A stretch of 64,000 bases of DNA from a virus (lineage: Duplodnaviria; Caudoviricetes). The stretch covers positions 4,440 through 68,439 of IMG/VR virus record IMGVR_UViG_3300033066_002238; one strand, written 5' to 3'. A model generated the notes under the pieces. It was given only the letters and a program-made list of their open reading frames with translations, was not told where the DNA came from and did no database searches. The first letter of the stretch is position 1. Each line of letters starts with the position of its first letter. Position numbers and translations under genes: made by a program. Shown in pieces: positions 62,700-64,000 of this stretch.

Positions 62700-63238
62700 C
62701 CGGCCCCTACGGCGTGCGCGTGGCAGCGCAGGAGCTGCTCGATCGGATCCGGGGCCTGGCCCTGGAGACCACCGAGGAGGAGGCAGAGCGGGCGCATGCC
62801 CTACTGCTCAAGCTCGATGGCCAGATGCAGCACCTGCAGATGCACCTGGACAACGCCCCCATGCCGATCGGCGCGTGGGGCACAGAGCCTGCGGATGCGG
62901 CGGCGCGCCTGCGGGGGGCGGAGCTCGCGCCGGGCGCCGGGGCCCGCTCGCTCAGCGTGCAGGAGGAGATCGCCTACCTCGGCGGCACCCTGAAGCGGCC
63001 GACCTATGCGCAGGTGGCGATCGAGTACGAGCCGGCGCGGGCGCTCCTGTACCAGGAGGGTTTGGCGCTGTACCTGTGGAGCTGGCGCGACATCGCCACC
63101 ACGCCCGACGCGCTGGCCGAGGCGATCGCGAGCGACGTGGCGCAGGCGATCGGCTGCCGCTCGGTGAAGGTGATCATTACCCAGCGCGCGAGCGTCCTGT
63201 CGGGGGCGCTGGCGATGCAGGCCTACGTGGCGAGGTGA
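62696..63238 (+). CDS. Coiled-coil plus degenerate QueF-like T-fold protein
   Basis: RPTYAQVAIEYEP....L..EGLALYLWSWRD......LAEAIASDVAQAIG.R.VKV follows the QueF pattern, but Cys/Asp/Glu catalytic residues are absent. Confidence 0.65.
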   Translation: MTGPYGVRVAAQELLDRIRGLALETTEEEAERAHALLLKLDGQMQHLQMHLDNAPMPIGAWGTEPADAAARLRGAELAPGAGARSLSVQEEIAYLGGTLKRPTYAQVAIEYEPARALLYQEGLALYLWSWRDIATTPDALAEAIASDVAQAIGCRSVKVIITQRASVLSGALAMQAYVAR

Positions 63239-63239
63239 C

Positions 63240-63449
63240 GTGATGAACCTGGCAGAAGAAGCGATCGGCGGCGTGGTGCTGCTGATATGGATCCTGTTCA
63301 TGTCCGACGCGCCGAAGTGGCTCGGCAAGGAGATCTCCGCCGCCCTGGCGCATCGGCGGAAGCTCCGCGAGCTCAAGGCCCAGCAGGAGCAGCTGAGGCT
63401 GCAGCAGGATGACGCATGGCTGCGCGATCAGAAGACGCTCGGCCCATGA
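63240..63449 (+). CDS. Small single-TM protein with coiled-coil
   Basis: IGGVVLLIWILFM helix. Confidence 0.6.
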   Translation: MMNLAEEAIGGVVLLIWILFMSDAPKWLGKEISAALAHRRKLRELKAQQEQLRLQQDDAWLRDQKTLGP

Positions 63450-63474
63450 TCGCGACACCAAGCCGGAGAACACC

Positions 63475-63705
63475 ATGCCGCGCGTGAAGAAGGATGCCGA
63501 GGTGGTCAGGCTGAGCCTGGAGGTCAGCCCGGCGGTTCGAGAGCGGATGGACTCGCTGCTCAAGAGAACCGAGGCGGACAGCCTGACGGCGGTGATCCGG
63601 CGCTCGCTGGTGGTCTACGACCTGCTGATGACCCACTTCGAGCAGGGCGGGCGCATCATCCTCACCGGCGCGGGCGAGCCCGATCAGAGGCTTGTGCTGC
63701 CCTGA
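63475..63705 (+). CDS. Ribbon-helix-helix (CopG/Arc-like) regulator
   Basis: VRLSLEVS..VRERMDSL...SLTAVIRRSL. Confidence 0.75.
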   Translation: MPRVKKDAEVVRLSLEVSPAVRERMDSLLKRTEADSLTAVIRRSLVVYDLLMTHFEQGGRIILTGAGEPDQRLVLP

Positions 63706-63996
63706 TCACGCCCGCGGCACCGCGCAGCCGCCCCACCGCGCCCGGTGCCACGCTCCCACCTCCGCAGCCCGCTCCGACTCCGCCCGCAGCTGCCGCGCCG
63801 TCTCCTGCGCAGATGCCACGATCCCCGCCGCCCGCAGCGCCAGGTGCTGCTTCTGCAGGATCCGCGGGTCCGGGAGCCGCGCGCAGCCGCGCAGGTGCTC
63901 TCCACACACCCGCAGGCACAGGATGTTGTTCACGCGGCCCTGGTGCACGCTGATCAGGGTGCACAGCGCCGGCTCACCGCAGTAGACGCACGGCAC
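63706..63996 (-). CDS. Zn-finger protein (McsA-like N-terminus), start may lie outside window
   Basis: CVYCGEPALC.L.SV..G...LCLRVCGEH. Confidence 0.5.
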   Translation of the reverse strand: MPCVYCGEPALCTLISVHQGRVNNILCLRVCGEHLRGCARLPDPRILQKQHLALRAAGIVASAQETARQLRAESERAAEVGAWHRARWGGCAVPRA

Positions 63997-64000
63997 ACCC

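Larger units (their letters stand above)
1..64000. mobile_element. Tailed phage/prophage segment (contractile tail, Mu-like head module); ends and integrase not in window
   Basis: Complete head-neck-tail-baseplate-lysis gene order, TerS/TerL, phage-type DNA metabolism genes across the whole window; no housekeeping operons. Confidence 0.95.

Noticed and set aside
62696-63238. Complete 7-deazaguanine DNA modification pathway
   Set aside because: Only a degenerate QueF-like gene; no QueC, QueD, QueE, FolE or DpdA in the window
1-64000. CRISPR array, tRNA or rRNA genes
   Set aside because: No regularly spaced repeat-spacer array and no recognisable tRNA or rRNA structure seen
1-64000. Mu-like transposable phage, or a definite integrated prophage
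   Set aside because: Head genes are Mu-like, but no transposase, integrase or att site is in the window; lifestyle cannot be called

Overview
The whole 64 kb window reads as one very GC-rich tailed-phage (prophage or free phage) segment. Neither genome end, an integrase nor an att site is visible. The virion module (about 25.3-49.9 kb, minus strand) is a contractile-tailed (myovirus-type) set with Mu-like head genes: DUF935-type portal, MuF, gpI-like protease/scaffold, gpT-like capsid, gp36/DUF1320-like adaptor, DUF2586-like sheath, tube, G/GT chaperone with an A-AAA-AAG -1 frameshift, tape measure and baseplate. A lysis cassette (CHAP amidase, lipoprotein, holin candidate) follows. TerS/TerL lie on the opposite strand, about 7 kb from the portal. 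The flanks carry DNA metabolism and modification genes (DUF5131, C5 methyltransferase, Dam, a permuted adenine MTase, Mom-like protein, MazG-like, VRR-NUC, SF2 helicase, ParB-like, SLOG, ThyX) and many small accessory genes. DUF4388, a PknB-like kinase fragment and W-x-G-x-x-W propeller repeats suggest a Myxococcota host (inference). The most notable observations are: (1) a 1.7 kb host-chromosome piece (thyX with truncated VOC and kinase neighbours) apparently inserted into a phage D5-like ATPase gene; (2) a terminase-ATPase-only paralogue with a destroyed Walker A, coupled into the lysis operon; (3) five intact ORFs encoding enzymes with their catalytic residues replaced (papain, TerL, MuF zincin, alpha/beta hydrolase, QueF), suggesting a decoy or sponge arsenal; (4) a family of repeated promoter/operator elements (GTTCAGAAATAA..CTTGCC; CTTGCTA/TAGCAAG) and pervasive leaderless gene starts; (5) a neck adaptor split by sheath-like domains. 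All family assignments come from motif recognition by eye, not database searches.
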